Of a stretch of DNA of 64,000 bases, positions 48,776 through 57,779 are shown piece after piece (position 1 is the first letter of the stretch; every line of letters begins with the position of its first letter). The DNA is from a bacterium (GTDB lineage: Bacteria > Krumholzibacteriota > Krumholzibacteriia > LZORAL124-64-63). A model generated the notes under the pieces. The model did no database searches. It saw only the letters and a list, made by a program, of their open reading frames with translations, and was not told the DNA's origin. The position numbers were made by a program, and so were the translations under genes. The stretch is from positions 8,852-72,851 of the forward strand of contig JAHIYU010000075.1 in assembly GCA_018814885.1 (NCBI GenBank). The letters are read 5' to 3'.

Positions 48776-50490
48776 CTGTCGAGCTCCCCGGCGATGATGT
48801 TGATGCTGCCGAGGATGGCGACGGCGTCGGGGATCATCAAGCCCTCGATCATGGTCGCGAAGGCGGAGAAGATGGGGAAGCAGGGCGGGCGCACCTTGAT
48901 GCGGTACGGCGCGCCGCCGCCGTCGGAGAAGCAGTGGAAGCCCAGCTCGCCGTTCGCGCCCTCGCCGGAGCCGTAGGCCTCCCCCCGGGGCACCTTGATG
49001 CCCTCGTAGATCAGCTTGAACTGGTTCATGACGCCCTCGATGCTCCCGTAGACCTGCACCTTGGGCGGCAGCGCGACCTGCGGATCGTCCACGATGATCG
49101 GGCCCCCCGGCAGTCCGCGGGCCAGCACCTGGCGGATGATCCGTTCGCTCTGCAGCATCTCCTCGATGCGGACCATGATGCGGTCCCGGGTATCGCCGTG
49201 CTCGCCCACGGGCACGTCGAAGTCGTACTCGTCGTAGCCCATGTAGGGCGCATGCTTGCGCAGGTCGAAGGCCAGCCCCGTGGCGCGCAGGCAGGGACCG
49301 GTGAAGCCCCAGTCCAGGGCCTGCTGCGTCGTCATGGCGCCGATGCCCACGGTCCGGTCCAGGAAGATGCGGTTGCGGGCCACCAGGCCCGTCACCTCGC
49401 GGATCGCCACCTGCAGCTTGTCCAGGTTCCGGAAAACAGCCGCTTCGAACCCCTCGAAGATGTCGTGCGAAAGGCCGCCGATGCGCGCGTAGTTGGTGGT
49501 CAGACGGGAGCCGCAGAGGGGCTCGATGATGTCGTAGTAGATGCCCTCGCGGATGTTGTAGAAGTACCAGTAGTTGGTCAGGGCGCCGATGTCGACGAGA
49601 TTGGCGCAGATGCAGACGAGATGGTCGATGATCCGGCTCAACTCGCTGACGACGATCCGGATCGCCTCGGCGCGGGCCGGCGCCTCGACGCCCAGCATCT
49701 TCTCGACCGCCGCCGCGTATATGCAGTTGTTGAGCATGGCAGACACGTAGTTGAGACGGTCGGTGTAGGGCATGACCTGCGCCCAGGTGTGGTCCTCGGC
49801 CTCCTTCTCGAAGCAGCGGTGCAGATAGCCGATCTCGGATTTGGCCTCGACGATGGTCTCGCCGTCGATCAGGCACTCCACCCGCAGGGCGCCGTGGGTG
49901 GAAGGATGGCTCGGCCCCAGGTTGAGGGTCAGCAGGTCCGACGGGAGCTGCGTGCCCGTGGCGGTCTCGGCCCGCGCGGCGGCCCGGGCGACCTCATGGT
50001 CGTCGAACAGCTTCTCCGGCGCCGAGAGCACCTGTCCCCGCTCGATGGGGTAGTCCTTGCGCAGCGCGTGGCCCTCGAACTCGTGGTGGCAGAGGATGCG
50101 CCGCAGGTCCGGGTGGCCGCGGAAGGGAACGCCGAAAAGGTCGTAGACCTCGCGCTCCGCCCAGTTGGCCGAGGCGTAGAGATCGGAGACGGTGGGCACG
50201 TCCTGGCCCTCCTCCACCGCGACCTTCACCATCAACCGCTCACCGGCGGCGAGGGAACGCAGGTTGTAATCGACCTCGAAGCGGGTCGGATCATCGAGGT
50301 GGTCCGGATGCTCGCTGAGATCGACGCCCACCACATCCAGCAGCAGCTCGCAACCCGCGCGTTCCTTGAGGTGGCGCACCACGTCGTGCAGGATGGCGCG
50401 GTCGACCCGCACCCAGGCGTCGCCCGCATGGGCGCCGCTGGCGAGATCGCCGAATTCGTCGCTGAGGCTCTCCAGAAGCTTCTCGTTCAT
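48772..50490 (-). CDS. nuoCD: NADH-quinone oxidoreductase fused subunits C/D
   Basis: A single 572-aa reading frame with a NuoC-like N-terminus (NEKLLESLSDEF...) and a NuoD-like remainder (RIEEM, the 49-kDa subunit). Confidence 0.85.
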   Translation of the reverse strand: MNEKLLESLSDEFGDLASGAHAGDAWVRVDRAILHDVVRHLKERAGCELLLDVVGVDLSEHPDHLDDPTRFEVDYNLRSLAAGERLMVKVAVEEGQDVPTVSDLYASANWAEREVYDLFGVPFRGHPDLRRILCHHEFEGHALRKDYPIERGQVLSAPEKLFDDHEVARAAARAETATGTQLPSDLLTLNLGPSHPSTHGALRVECLIDGETIVEAKSEIGYLHRCFEKEAEDHTWAQVMPYTDRLNYVSAMLNNCIYAAAVEKMLGVEAPARAEAIRIVVSELSRIIDHLVCICANLVDIGALTNYWYFYNIREGIYYDIIEPLCGSRLTTNYARIGGLSHDIFEGFEAAVFRNLDKLQVAIREVTGLVARNRIFLDRTVGIGAMTTQQALDWGFTGPCLRATGLAFDLRKHAPYMGYDEYDFDVPVGEHGDTRDRIMVRIEEMLQSERIIRQVLARGLPGGPIIVDDPQVALPPKVQVYGSIEGVMNQFKLIYEGIKVPRGEAYGSGEGANGELGFHCFSDGGGAPYRIKVRPPCFPIFSAFATMIEGLMIPDAVAILGSINIIAGELDR

Positions 50491-50530
50491 GCTTCCCCAT
50501 CCTGTCGGGCCCGGACGTCGCCGGCGCTGA

Positions 50531-51037
50531 TCAGGCTCCCCGGCCGGCCGCGTGACGCTGCGCCGCTGGCACCAGGCCTTCGTTCTGGACCTTTTCCTGC
50601 AAGGTGACCAGGGCATGCATCAGGTTCTCGGGGGTCGGCGGACAGCCGGCCACGTAAAAATCGACAGGTATGATCCGGTCGATCCCCTGCAGGGTGCCGT
50701 AGTTGTTGTAGAACCCGCCCGTGCTGGCGCAGACGCCCATGGAGATCACCCATTTGGGGTCGCACATCTGGGCATAGATGGTCTGCAGGATCGGCGCCTG
50801 CTTGTAGGAGATCGTGCCGGCGACGATCAGCAGGTCGGATTGGCGCGGCGAGAAGCGCACGGCCTCGGCACCGAAACGGCTCAGGTCGCTGTACGACGAA
50901 ACGGTGCTCATGAACTCGATGGCGCAGCACGCAGTCCCGAAGGGCAAGGGCCACAGGGAATACTTGCGCCCCCAGTTCACGGCCTGCCGCAGCCGCGTGG
51001 TGAGGTAGTTGCTGGGGCTGTCGAGGGTCACTGCCAT
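50531..51037 (-). CDS. nuoB: NADH-quinone oxidoreductase subunit B
   Basis: PFGTACCAIEFM and YVAGCPPTPE motifs. Confidence 0.9.
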   Translation of the reverse strand: MAVTLDSPSNYLTTRLRQAVNWGRKYSLWPLPFGTACCAIEFMSTVSSYSDLSRFGAEAVRFSPRQSDLLIVAGTISYKQAPILQTIYAQMCDPKWVISMGVCASTGGFYNNYGTLQGIDRIIPVDFYVAGCPPTPENLMHALVTLQEKVQNEGLVPAAQRHAAGRGA

Positions 51038-51399
51038 TCCAGCCCGCCTTTCTTCCATACATAGATGAAGCCGATCACCAGCACCGACACGAAGACGCCC
51101 ATCTCGCCCAGCGCGAAGGCCGCCTGGCCGTTCGCCAGGAATGTGCGGAACAGGAGTGCCCAGGGGTAGAGAAAAACGGCCTCCAGATCGAAGAGCAGGA
51201 AGAGCAGGGCCACCAGGAAGAAACGCACGAAGAAGCGCACCTGTATGCCGCCGCGCACCGGTATGCCGCACTCGTAGATCGTTGCCTTCAGGCGGTTGGG
51301 CGTGCGCGGACCCAGCCAGTAGCTCAACCCCAGGAACAGCAGCGAGAGGACGGCCGCCAGCGAGACGACGGTCAACAGGGGCACGAACTGTTCGGCCAT
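51028..51399 (-). CDS. nuoA: NADH-quinone oxidoreductase subunit A
   Basis: 123 aa with 3 TM helices; overlaps the nuoB start by 10 nt. Confidence 0.85.
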   Translation of the reverse strand: MAEQFVPLLTVVSLAAVLSLLFLGLSYWLGPRTPNRLKATIYECGIPVRGGIQVRFFVRFFLVALLFLLFDLEAVFLYPWALLFRTFLANGQAAFALGEMGVFVSVLVIGFIYVWKKGGLEWQ

Positions 51400-51530
51400 G
51401 GAATCGGCCTCCTCGGAATTCGCGATCCCGTCGCACGCGCGGCGGCGGGACGTCGAGGCGGAAGAGCAGTTGTTAACGTTTCAACGACTGCCACAGGATT
51501 AGACACGGCGACCGGGCTTGTCAACCGTGC

Positions 51531-51571
51531 TTGCACGCACGCCCGCGGACCACATAATGTTGCTGCGCAGC
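51531..51571 (+). promoter_or_regulatory. candidate sigma-70 promoter TTGCAC-N16-CATAAT followed by perfect palindrome GCTGCGCAGC
   Basis: Seen directly in the divergent spacer between nuoA and the aminotransferase gene; the palindrome sits at about +1 to +10. Confidence 0.3.
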
Positions 51572-51610
51572 AGCGCCCGGGGATCCGGCACTTCAGGTAA
51601 GGTAGAACGC

Positions 51611-52486
51611 ATGATTGTATTTCTCAACGGAAAGTATTGCGCTGCCGGCGAGGCGCGGGTCTCCCTGTTCGACGGCGGCTATCTCTACGGTGACGGCATG
51701 TTCGAGACCATACGGCTGTACGTCGGCCGCCCCTTCGACCTCGCCGGACACCTCGCCAGGATGTCCAGCAACCTCGAGACCCTGGGCTACGCCTACCGTC
51801 CGTCGCCGCCGGTGATCGGGGACGTGATCGCGGAACTGGTGCGGCGCAACGGCCTGGAATCCCGCGACGCCCGCTGCCGCCTCACGGTCAGCCGTGGTGG
51901 CGGACCCGGCGATCCCCTGCCGCTGAGCGGCCACGGCGCGTTGCCGCCCACGGTCTCGATCTTCCTGCAGCCCCTCGATCCCGTCCTGGCGCTCTGGCAG
52001 CGGGACGGCATCTCCGTGCTGTCGATGCGCGCGGGTTTCTCGCGAGGCGATTTCCCCCACCTGAAGACCCTGAACTACCTGACCACGGTGACGGCCCTGC
52101 GCCTGGCCCACGCGGCCGGTTGCCAGGAAGCCCTGCTCGTCGATGGGGAGAATCGGGTTCTCGAAGGCGCCACGAGCAATGTTTTCCTCGTCAGAACCGG
52201 GTCGCTGTACACGCCGCCGCTGGCGCTGGGGCTCCTCGCCGGCCGGACCCGCGACATGATCCTGGCCCTGGCAGCCGCGGGCGGCATCGCCAGCCACGAG
52301 GCCCCCTTGTCCATAGCGGACCTGTGCGAAGCCGACGAGGCTTTCCTCTGCGGTTCGGTCAAGGAGATCGTGCCTATCGTCGCGGTGGACGGTTCCCCCG
52401 TGGGTGACGGGATGCCGGGGCCCGTCACGCGGTACCTGCTAAGAGAATACCGCCGAGGAGTCATGGACTCTCTCGGCGGTATCTGA
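51611..52486 (+). CDS. aminotransferase class IV (BCAT/D-Ala aminotransferase/ADC lyase family)
   Basis: 291 aa; contains GDGMFETIR, EGATSNVF, and the fold-type IV pattern. Confidence 0.8.
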   Translation: MIVFLNGKYCAAGEARVSLFDGGYLYGDGMFETIRLYVGRPFDLAGHLARMSSNLETLGYAYRPSPPVIGDVIAELVRRNGLESRDARCRLTVSRGGGPGDPLPLSGHGALPPTVSIFLQPLDPVLALWQRDGISVLSMRAGFSRGDFPHLKTLNYLTTVTALRLAHAAGCQEALLVDGENRVLEGATSNVFLVRTGSLYTPPLALGLLAGRTRDMILALAAAGGIASHEAPLSIADLCEADEAFLCGSVKEIVPIVAVDGSPVGDGMPGPVTRYLLREYRRGVMDSLGGI

Positions 52487-52500
52487 GCGCCGGGGGCCGG

Positions 52501-53109
52501 TCAATATTCGATGGCGTTGTAATCGATCTTGCCGTCGAGAACGTTGCGGATGCGGCTCTGGGGCAGATCCTCGCCAGACCGCTCGGGCGGCGGCGCGTCG
52601 AGTGCGATCTGGTCCTTGATAGAGTCCAGGTCGATGTACTCGTCCGATGCGGCGATGAGATCGGTGCTGGTCATCTCCCGCAGCGCACACAGCTCGATGT
52701 GCTTGCCCAGTCTCGATACGCTCTCGACCAGTCTCACGAAGTCCCCGTCGCCTGAACAGATGATCACCGTATCGAGATGGGGCAGCATCTCGTAGATGTC
52801 GATGGCCATGTCCAGGTCCAGGTTGCCCTTGAAGAACCGTTGCTGGGTGTCGGCCTCCGTGAAACTCTTCAATTCCTTGGTCACGACCTTGAAACCGTTC
52901 AGTTTCAGGAAATTGACGAAGTCGATCTTGCCTTCGGACTGGTTGGAGATCGCGGTGTAGAAGTAGGCGCGGACGAGGCGCCTGTTGCCGGCAAGGGTCC
53001 GGCACATCTTGAGGTAATCCAACCTCATGTTCAGGTGTTTCGCGCTGTAGTGGATGTTCTCACCATCTATGAAGATGGCCACCTTGTCATTGGAGTCGGG
53101 ACGGTACAT
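52501..53109 (-). CDS. NYN-domain (LabA-like/DUF88) PIN-like nuclease-fold protein
   Basis: VAIFIDGENIHY and ICSGDGDF motifs; a GAGAGG Shine-Dalgarno sequence is present. The gene is noticeably lower in GC (about 50%) than its surroundings. Confidence 0.75.
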   Translation of the reverse strand: MYRPDSNDKVAIFIDGENIHYSAKHLNMRLDYLKMCRTLAGNRRLVRAYFYTAISNQSEGKIDFVNFLKLNGFKVVTKELKSFTEADTQQRFFKGNLDLDMAIDIYEMLPHLDTVIICSGDGDFVRLVESVSRLGKHIELCALREMTSTDLIAASDEYIDLDSIKDQIALDAPPPERSGEDLPQSRIRNVLDGKIDYNAIEY

Positions 53110-53436
53110 GAGATCAACCTCTCGACGAGTTCTGTGGGGGTCGGGCGATAATACTTTCAGGCCGGGCAACATCGTCGCCGCGGATGATTGACTGTAGTAT
53201 AATTCCGACCGCCTGCGAGGGCAAACCGGGAAATGATGTTCCTTGCAAGTCATCGGCTCGAGGAATGCGAACGGCCTCCGGCGACCTGCTGCGCTCCGCC
53301 GGGCACTTCCGGACGGAGCGGCGGCTGGATTTCATCAGCACCGCCGACTATCTTGCGCTGTGGTATAGGCACTTATGCGCGCGAAGGGTTTTCCGGCCTG
53401 TTGCAGCCGGCGCCGGCAACTCGGACGGGAGAGATC

Positions 53437-55152
53437 ATGAAGCTCGTTGAATGCGTCCCCAATATCAGCGAAGGCCGCGATCGGGCCGTCATCGACGCGG
53501 TGACCGCGGTGATCGAGGAAGTCGACGGCGTGGCCCTGCTGGACGTGGATCCCGGCGCGGAGACGAACCGGACCGTCATCACCTTCATCGGGACGCCCGC
53601 GGGCGTCGCCGAGGCGGCCTTCCGGGTGGTGGCGAAGGCCGCCCAGCTGATCGACATGTCCCGGCACAGCGGCGCCCACCCCCGGCACGGGGCCACCGAC
53701 GTCTGCCCCTTCGTGCCCGTGCGGGACGTCACCATGGCGGAATGCGTGGCCCTCGCCCGCGAGGTGGGCGAACGCGTCGGCCGGGAACTCGACATACCCG
53801 TCTACCTCTACGAGAGCGCGGCCACCCGCGAGGAGCGCCGCAACCTGGCCCACGTGCGCAAGGGCGAGTACGAGGCCCTCCCCGACAAGCTCGGCACCGC
53901 GGAGTGGAAACCGGATTTCGGCCCCAACGTCTGGAACACGCATACGGCGCGCACGGGCGCGACGAACGTTTCCGCCCGCGGCTTCCTGGTGGCCTACAAC
54001 GTGAACATCAACTCCCGCAACAAGTCGATCGCCTCGCAGATCGCTCTGGACATCAAGGAAGCCGGCCGCGCCCAGCGGGACCGGGACGGCAATACCGTCA
54101 AGGGGCCCGACGGCCAGACCGTCCTGGCGCCAGGCCCATACCGCCTGGAGGCCTGCAAGGCCGTGGGCTGGGTCATCCCCGAATACGACCGCGCCCAGGT
54201 GTCGATCAACCTGGTCAACACGGCGGTCACGAAGCCGCACCAGGCCTTCGAGGCCTGCCGCGAGGCGGCCCGCGACCGCGACGCCCGCGTCACCGGTTCA
54301 GAACTGGTCGGGTTGATCCCCGAGAGCGACATGCTCGCCGCCGGCAAGTACTACCTGCGCCGGGCAGGACAGTCGGCCGGCGTGCCGCGCCGTATGCTCA
54401 TCGAGACCGCGATCCAGAGCATGGGGCTGCGCGACATCGCGCCCTTCGATCCTGCCGAGAAGATCATCGAATACCGGGCCGGACTCGTGGACGGCCCGCT
54501 GGTTTCGCTGACCAACCGGGCGTTCGTCGATGTCCTTTCCACCGACGCCCCCGCCCCCGGCGGCGGCTCGGTGGCGGCCCTCGGCGCCGCCCAGGCCGCA
54601 GCCCTGGTGGCCATGGTGGCCAACCTGACCGTCGGCAAGAAGACGTACGCCGAATCCCAGGACCGCGTGAAGGAGATCGCGGAGCGGGCCCAGGCGATCA
54701 AGGACGACATGCTCAAGGCCATCGACGACGACACCGACGCCTTCAACGCGGTACTGGACACCTTCCGGCTGCCCAGGACGACCGACGCGCAGGCCCGCAC
54801 CCGTGATCTGGCCACCGCCGCCACCACCCGCCAGGCGATCTCGGTGCCCCTGTCCGTGCTCGAGGCCATGCCCGAGGTGCTGGAACTGGCCGCCGAGGTG
54901 GCCGAGATCGGCAACGCGAACTCCCTGAGCGACGCAGGCGTCGCCGCTCTCTGCGCAGGCAGCGGCGCCGAGGGCGCCTACTACAATGTGCTGATCAACC
55001 TGGCCTCGCTGGCGGGGCTGCCGCAGGACGAGGAGCCGGAGTTCGTGGCCGAAGTCCGGCGGCGCGCCGCTGCGGCCCGGCAGCACTGCGTGGACCTGCA
55101 CGCGAAAGTGCGCGACGGCGTGCGCAACCGGCTGGAAGCGGCGCTGGGCTGA
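53437..55152 (+). CDS. ftcD: bifunctional glutamate formimidoyltransferase / formimidoyl-THF cyclodeaminase
   Basis: N-terminal MKLVECVPNISEGRD (formiminotransferase), a C-terminal cyclodeaminase domain, 571 aa in total; a GGGAGAG Shine-Dalgarno sequence is present. Confidence 0.85.
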   Translation: MKLVECVPNISEGRDRAVIDAVTAVIEEVDGVALLDVDPGAETNRTVITFIGTPAGVAEAAFRVVAKAAQLIDMSRHSGAHPRHGATDVCPFVPVRDVTMAECVALAREVGERVGRELDIPVYLYESAATREERRNLAHVRKGEYEALPDKLGTAEWKPDFGPNVWNTHTARTGATNVSARGFLVAYNVNINSRNKSIASQIALDIKEAGRAQRDRDGNTVKGPDGQTVLAPGPYRLEACKAVGWVIPEYDRAQVSINLVNTAVTKPHQAFEACREAARDRDARVTGSELVGLIPESDMLAAGKYYLRRAGQSAGVPRRMLIETAIQSMGLRDIAPFDPAEKIIEYRAGLVDGPLVSLTNRAFVDVLSTDAPAPGGGSVAALGAAQAAALVAMVANLTVGKKTYAESQDRVKEIAERAQAIKDDMLKAIDDDTDAFNAVLDTFRLPRTTDAQARTRDLATAATTRQAISVPLSVLEAMPEVLELAAEVAEIGNANSLSDAGVAALCAGSGAEGAYYNVLINLASLAGLPQDEEPEFVAEVRRRAAAARQHCVDLHAKVRDGVRNRLEAALG

Positions 55153-55312
55153 ACTCTCTCCGTCTGCAGCCGGCAAGACCGGACGCCGGACTTGCCCATC
55201 TCGTACACTGGGGACCACATATAGACGTTGTGGACTCTTGACGCGTTTCCCGGCCAGGCATTAGAGTGTCCCGGTGTTTGCGTGAAATCCCGCTTACAGA
55301 AAAGGATACCGC

Positions 55313-56950
55313 ATGAGCGACACCACTGCGCGTAGCGAGGGACAAGGAGCGAAGAGCATCGGGCAGGTCGTCTCGGACGCGTTCAAGGAACTCGGGACGA
55401 CCCTGGTGGCTTTCGTGCGAGCGCCACGCGCTCTCTGGGGCATCAACATCCCCTACATCATCGAGGGCCTCTGCTACTTCGGGGGACTGACCATCCTGGG
55501 CAAGTTCTGCTCCGAGAACGTCGGTCTGAACGACGTGGTGTCGGGGTATGTATACAGCGCCGTCACGGGCGGAATCACGCTCGCCATGCTCATCTTCGGC
55601 GGTTTCGCCGACAAGATCGGCGTCCGGGCATCTCTGGCCCTCTCGCTGGGCATGATGTCCATCGGTCGCGCTCTGGTCGCCCTGTCCGATACGCTCGGGC
55701 TCGAGAACGGCCTCTGGTCGCCCATGTTCATGACGATGGCCGGCGGCCTGCTCATCATGGTCCTCAACTACGGCCTCTACCAGCCGGCCGCATATGCCGG
55801 CGTCAAGCGCTACACCAATCCCCAGACCGCGGCCATGGGCTACGCGGTGGTCTACGCCCTGATGAACCTGGGCGGATTCATCTTCGGCGGCCTCTCGCCC
55901 GCGGTGCGCAGCACCGTCGGCGGCCACTTCCCGCCCAATGGCCTGGCCGCCGTCTACTGGGTGCTGGCGGGATTGACACTGTCCGGCTCGCTCATCACCC
56001 TGCTGGTGATCACGCGCCGGACCGACCGCGCGGCCGTCGCGCGCGTCAAGCTCGAAACCCGGGGAATCCGGACAGCAGGCGACACCGGGGCTGACGCAGA
56101 AGGCGGGGCGAAACCGGCCCCAGCGTCCTACAACAAGATGCCTTTCGTGAGCCTGCTCCTGCTCTCCCTGACGGGCCTGGTCATGTTCGTCGTATCCTTC
56201 AGCGGCAGATTCGGGCCCATGGATCCGGCGATAGGACGCGCGCCCACCTGGTTCAGTTTCGGCATCCTGGGCCTGACCGCGCTGCTGGGCGCCGGCGCCA
56301 CGTGGGAATTCCTACGCCACAATCCGGATCATCCCTTCCGGAACAAGCGCTTCGTCTTCTTCATCTTCATCCTCATCCCGGTGCAGACGCTGTTCGCGCA
56401 CCAGTGGCTCACCCTGCCCTACTACTGCGACCGGGCCTTCACGGGTTCGCCGGTCAGCGAGTACTTCGAGTTCTTCTCGAACCTCAATCCGCTGCTCATC
56501 TTCATCCTGGCGCCGCTGGTGGCGGGCCTGACCGCCCGCGCCAACATCTACAAGATGATGATCATCGGCACCACGGTGATGGCGGCGCCCACCTTCCTGC
56601 TTACCCTCGGACCGCGCCTCTACCCCCTGATCGGCTACATCGTGCTGATGTCCATCGGCGAGGCCATGTGGCAGCCCCGCTTCCTGCAGTGGATCGCGGA
56701 GATCGCCCCCGAGGGCAAGACCGGCGCCTACATGGGCATCGGACAGCTGCCCTGGTTCCTGACCAAGGTCGTCACCGGGCTCTACTCGGGGCATTTCGTG
56801 GCCAACTACTGCCCCCTGCCCGGGACCGGCTTGCCCCAGCGGACGGAAATCATGTGGCTCTTCTACGGGATCATCGCCATGGTCTCGCCCGTGGTGCTGG
56901 TGCTGGCCAGGAAGTGGATGCAGAAGGGCATGCAGTCCAAGTCGATCTAG
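55313..56950 (+). CDS. MFS transporter (POT/PTR2-like motif EGLCYFG)
   Basis: 545 aa with about 14 TM helices. Confidence 0.7.
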   Translation: MSDTTARSEGQGAKSIGQVVSDAFKELGTTLVAFVRAPRALWGINIPYIIEGLCYFGGLTILGKFCSENVGLNDVVSGYVYSAVTGGITLAMLIFGGFADKIGVRASLALSLGMMSIGRALVALSDTLGLENGLWSPMFMTMAGGLLIMVLNYGLYQPAAYAGVKRYTNPQTAAMGYAVVYALMNLGGFIFGGLSPAVRSTVGGHFPPNGLAAVYWVLAGLTLSGSLITLLVITRRTDRAAVARVKLETRGIRTAGDTGADAEGGAKPAPASYNKMPFVSLLLLSLTGLVMFVVSFSGRFGPMDPAIGRAPTWFSFGILGLTALLGAGATWEFLRHNPDHPFRNKRFVFFIFILIPVQTLFAHQWLTLPYYCDRAFTGSPVSEYFEFFSNLNPLLIFILAPLVAGLTARANIYKMMIIGTTVMAAPTFLLTLGPRLYPLIGYIVLMSIGEAMWQPRFLQWIAEIAPEGKTGAYMGIGQLPWFLTKVVTGLYSGHFVANYCPLPGTGLPQRTEIMWLFYGIIAMVSPVVLVLARKWMQKGMQSKSI

Positions 56951-56978
56951 GCGGTTGTCGCATGGGCCCGACTCGAGA

Positions 56979-57012
56979 GCCTGCCGGCGGGGACCGGCAG
57001 GCTCGATTTTTT
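56979..57012 (+). terminator. rho-independent terminator GCCTGCCGG-cgggga-CCGGCAGGC + TTTTTT
   Basis: Perfect 9-bp stem plus a T6 run, 29 nt after the MFS stop. Confidence 0.65.
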
Positions 57013-57042
57013 CAACAAGCCGGCATGAGCGTTACGGGCGGA

Positions 57043-57747
57043 TCAGTCGTCTTTGGCCCTGCGCACCCGCTGTCCGTATCCGTAGTACTTATGGTCGTAG
57101 TAATAGGGCAACACCTCGGCGAGGTTGTTCGCCACCACCCCGATGATGTTCGTCCCCACGCCGCGCAGGATCCCCACGCCGCGTTCGCAGACATCCCGCG
57201 GCGTGCGGCCGGCGAGCACCATGTAGATGGCGCCGTCGACGACATCCACGAACTGCAGGGGATCGCTCACCGGGACCACGGGCGGACTGTCCAGGATCAC
57301 GATATCGTAGGCGCTCTTCAGCTTGTCGAAGACCGAGCGCACGCGGGCTCCCTGCAAGAGCTTGCTCGGATTCTCGCCGGCGTGCCCGGCGGGCAGGAAA
57401 TCGAGATTCGCGAGCAGCGTGTTGCAGGGTCTGATGCCGTCATCGTCGCCCCTGAGCAGTTCCGCCAGGCCGGGACCCCGGCCGGTCTGGAAGATCGTGT
57501 GCTGGACGGGGCGCCGCATGTCGCCGTCTATCAGCAGGATCCGCTTCTGCATGTGATGGGCCAGCACTTGCGAGAAATGCAGCGAGAACAGGCTCTTGCC
57601 CTCGCCGCGCTCCGAGCTGGTGACCATGATGCACCGCTTGCGCTCCAGGTCGAGTTCCCGATTGATGCGGATCATCACGCGTCGCAGTTCGATGGCCAGC
57701 GGCGATTCTATGTCGAAGTCCAGCCCCTTGCGCTTCTTCTTCCTCAC
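57043..57747 (-). CDS. tyrosine autokinase, cytoplasmic ATPase component (CpsD/CapB-type BY-kinase)
   Basis: Walker A motif SSERGEGKS, Walker B motif ILDSPP, and a C-terminal Tyr cluster YYYDHKYYGYG. The GTG start at 57747 is preceded by GGGAGAA and lies downstream of the PCP stop. Confidence 0.8.
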   Translation of the reverse strand: MRKKKRKGLDFDIESPLAIELRRVMIRINRELDLERKRCIMVTSSERGEGKSLFSLHFSQVLAHHMQKRILLIDGDMRRPVQHTIFQTGRGPGLAELLRGDDDGIRPCNTLLANLDFLPAGHAGENPSKLLQGARVRSVFDKLKSAYDIVILDSPPVVPVSDPLQFVDVVDGAIYMVLAGRTPRDVCERGVGILRGVGTNIIGVVANNLAEVLPYYYDHKYYGYGQRVRRAKDD

Positions 57748-57779
57748 GAATTCTCCCGTCCGTTGCGAAGCCCGCGGAC

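Noticed and set aside
51518-51610. N-terminal 31-aa extension of the class-IV aminotransferase ORF
   Set aside because: The extension overlaps the predicted promoter and palindrome. The ATG at 51611 gives the canonical MIVFLNGKY N-terminus with a Shine-Dalgarno sequence.
53184-53450. 88-aa plus ORF and 75-aa minus ORF in the NYN/ftcD spacer
   Set aside because: Biased composition, no Shine-Dalgarno sequence, and overlap with likely promoter sequence.
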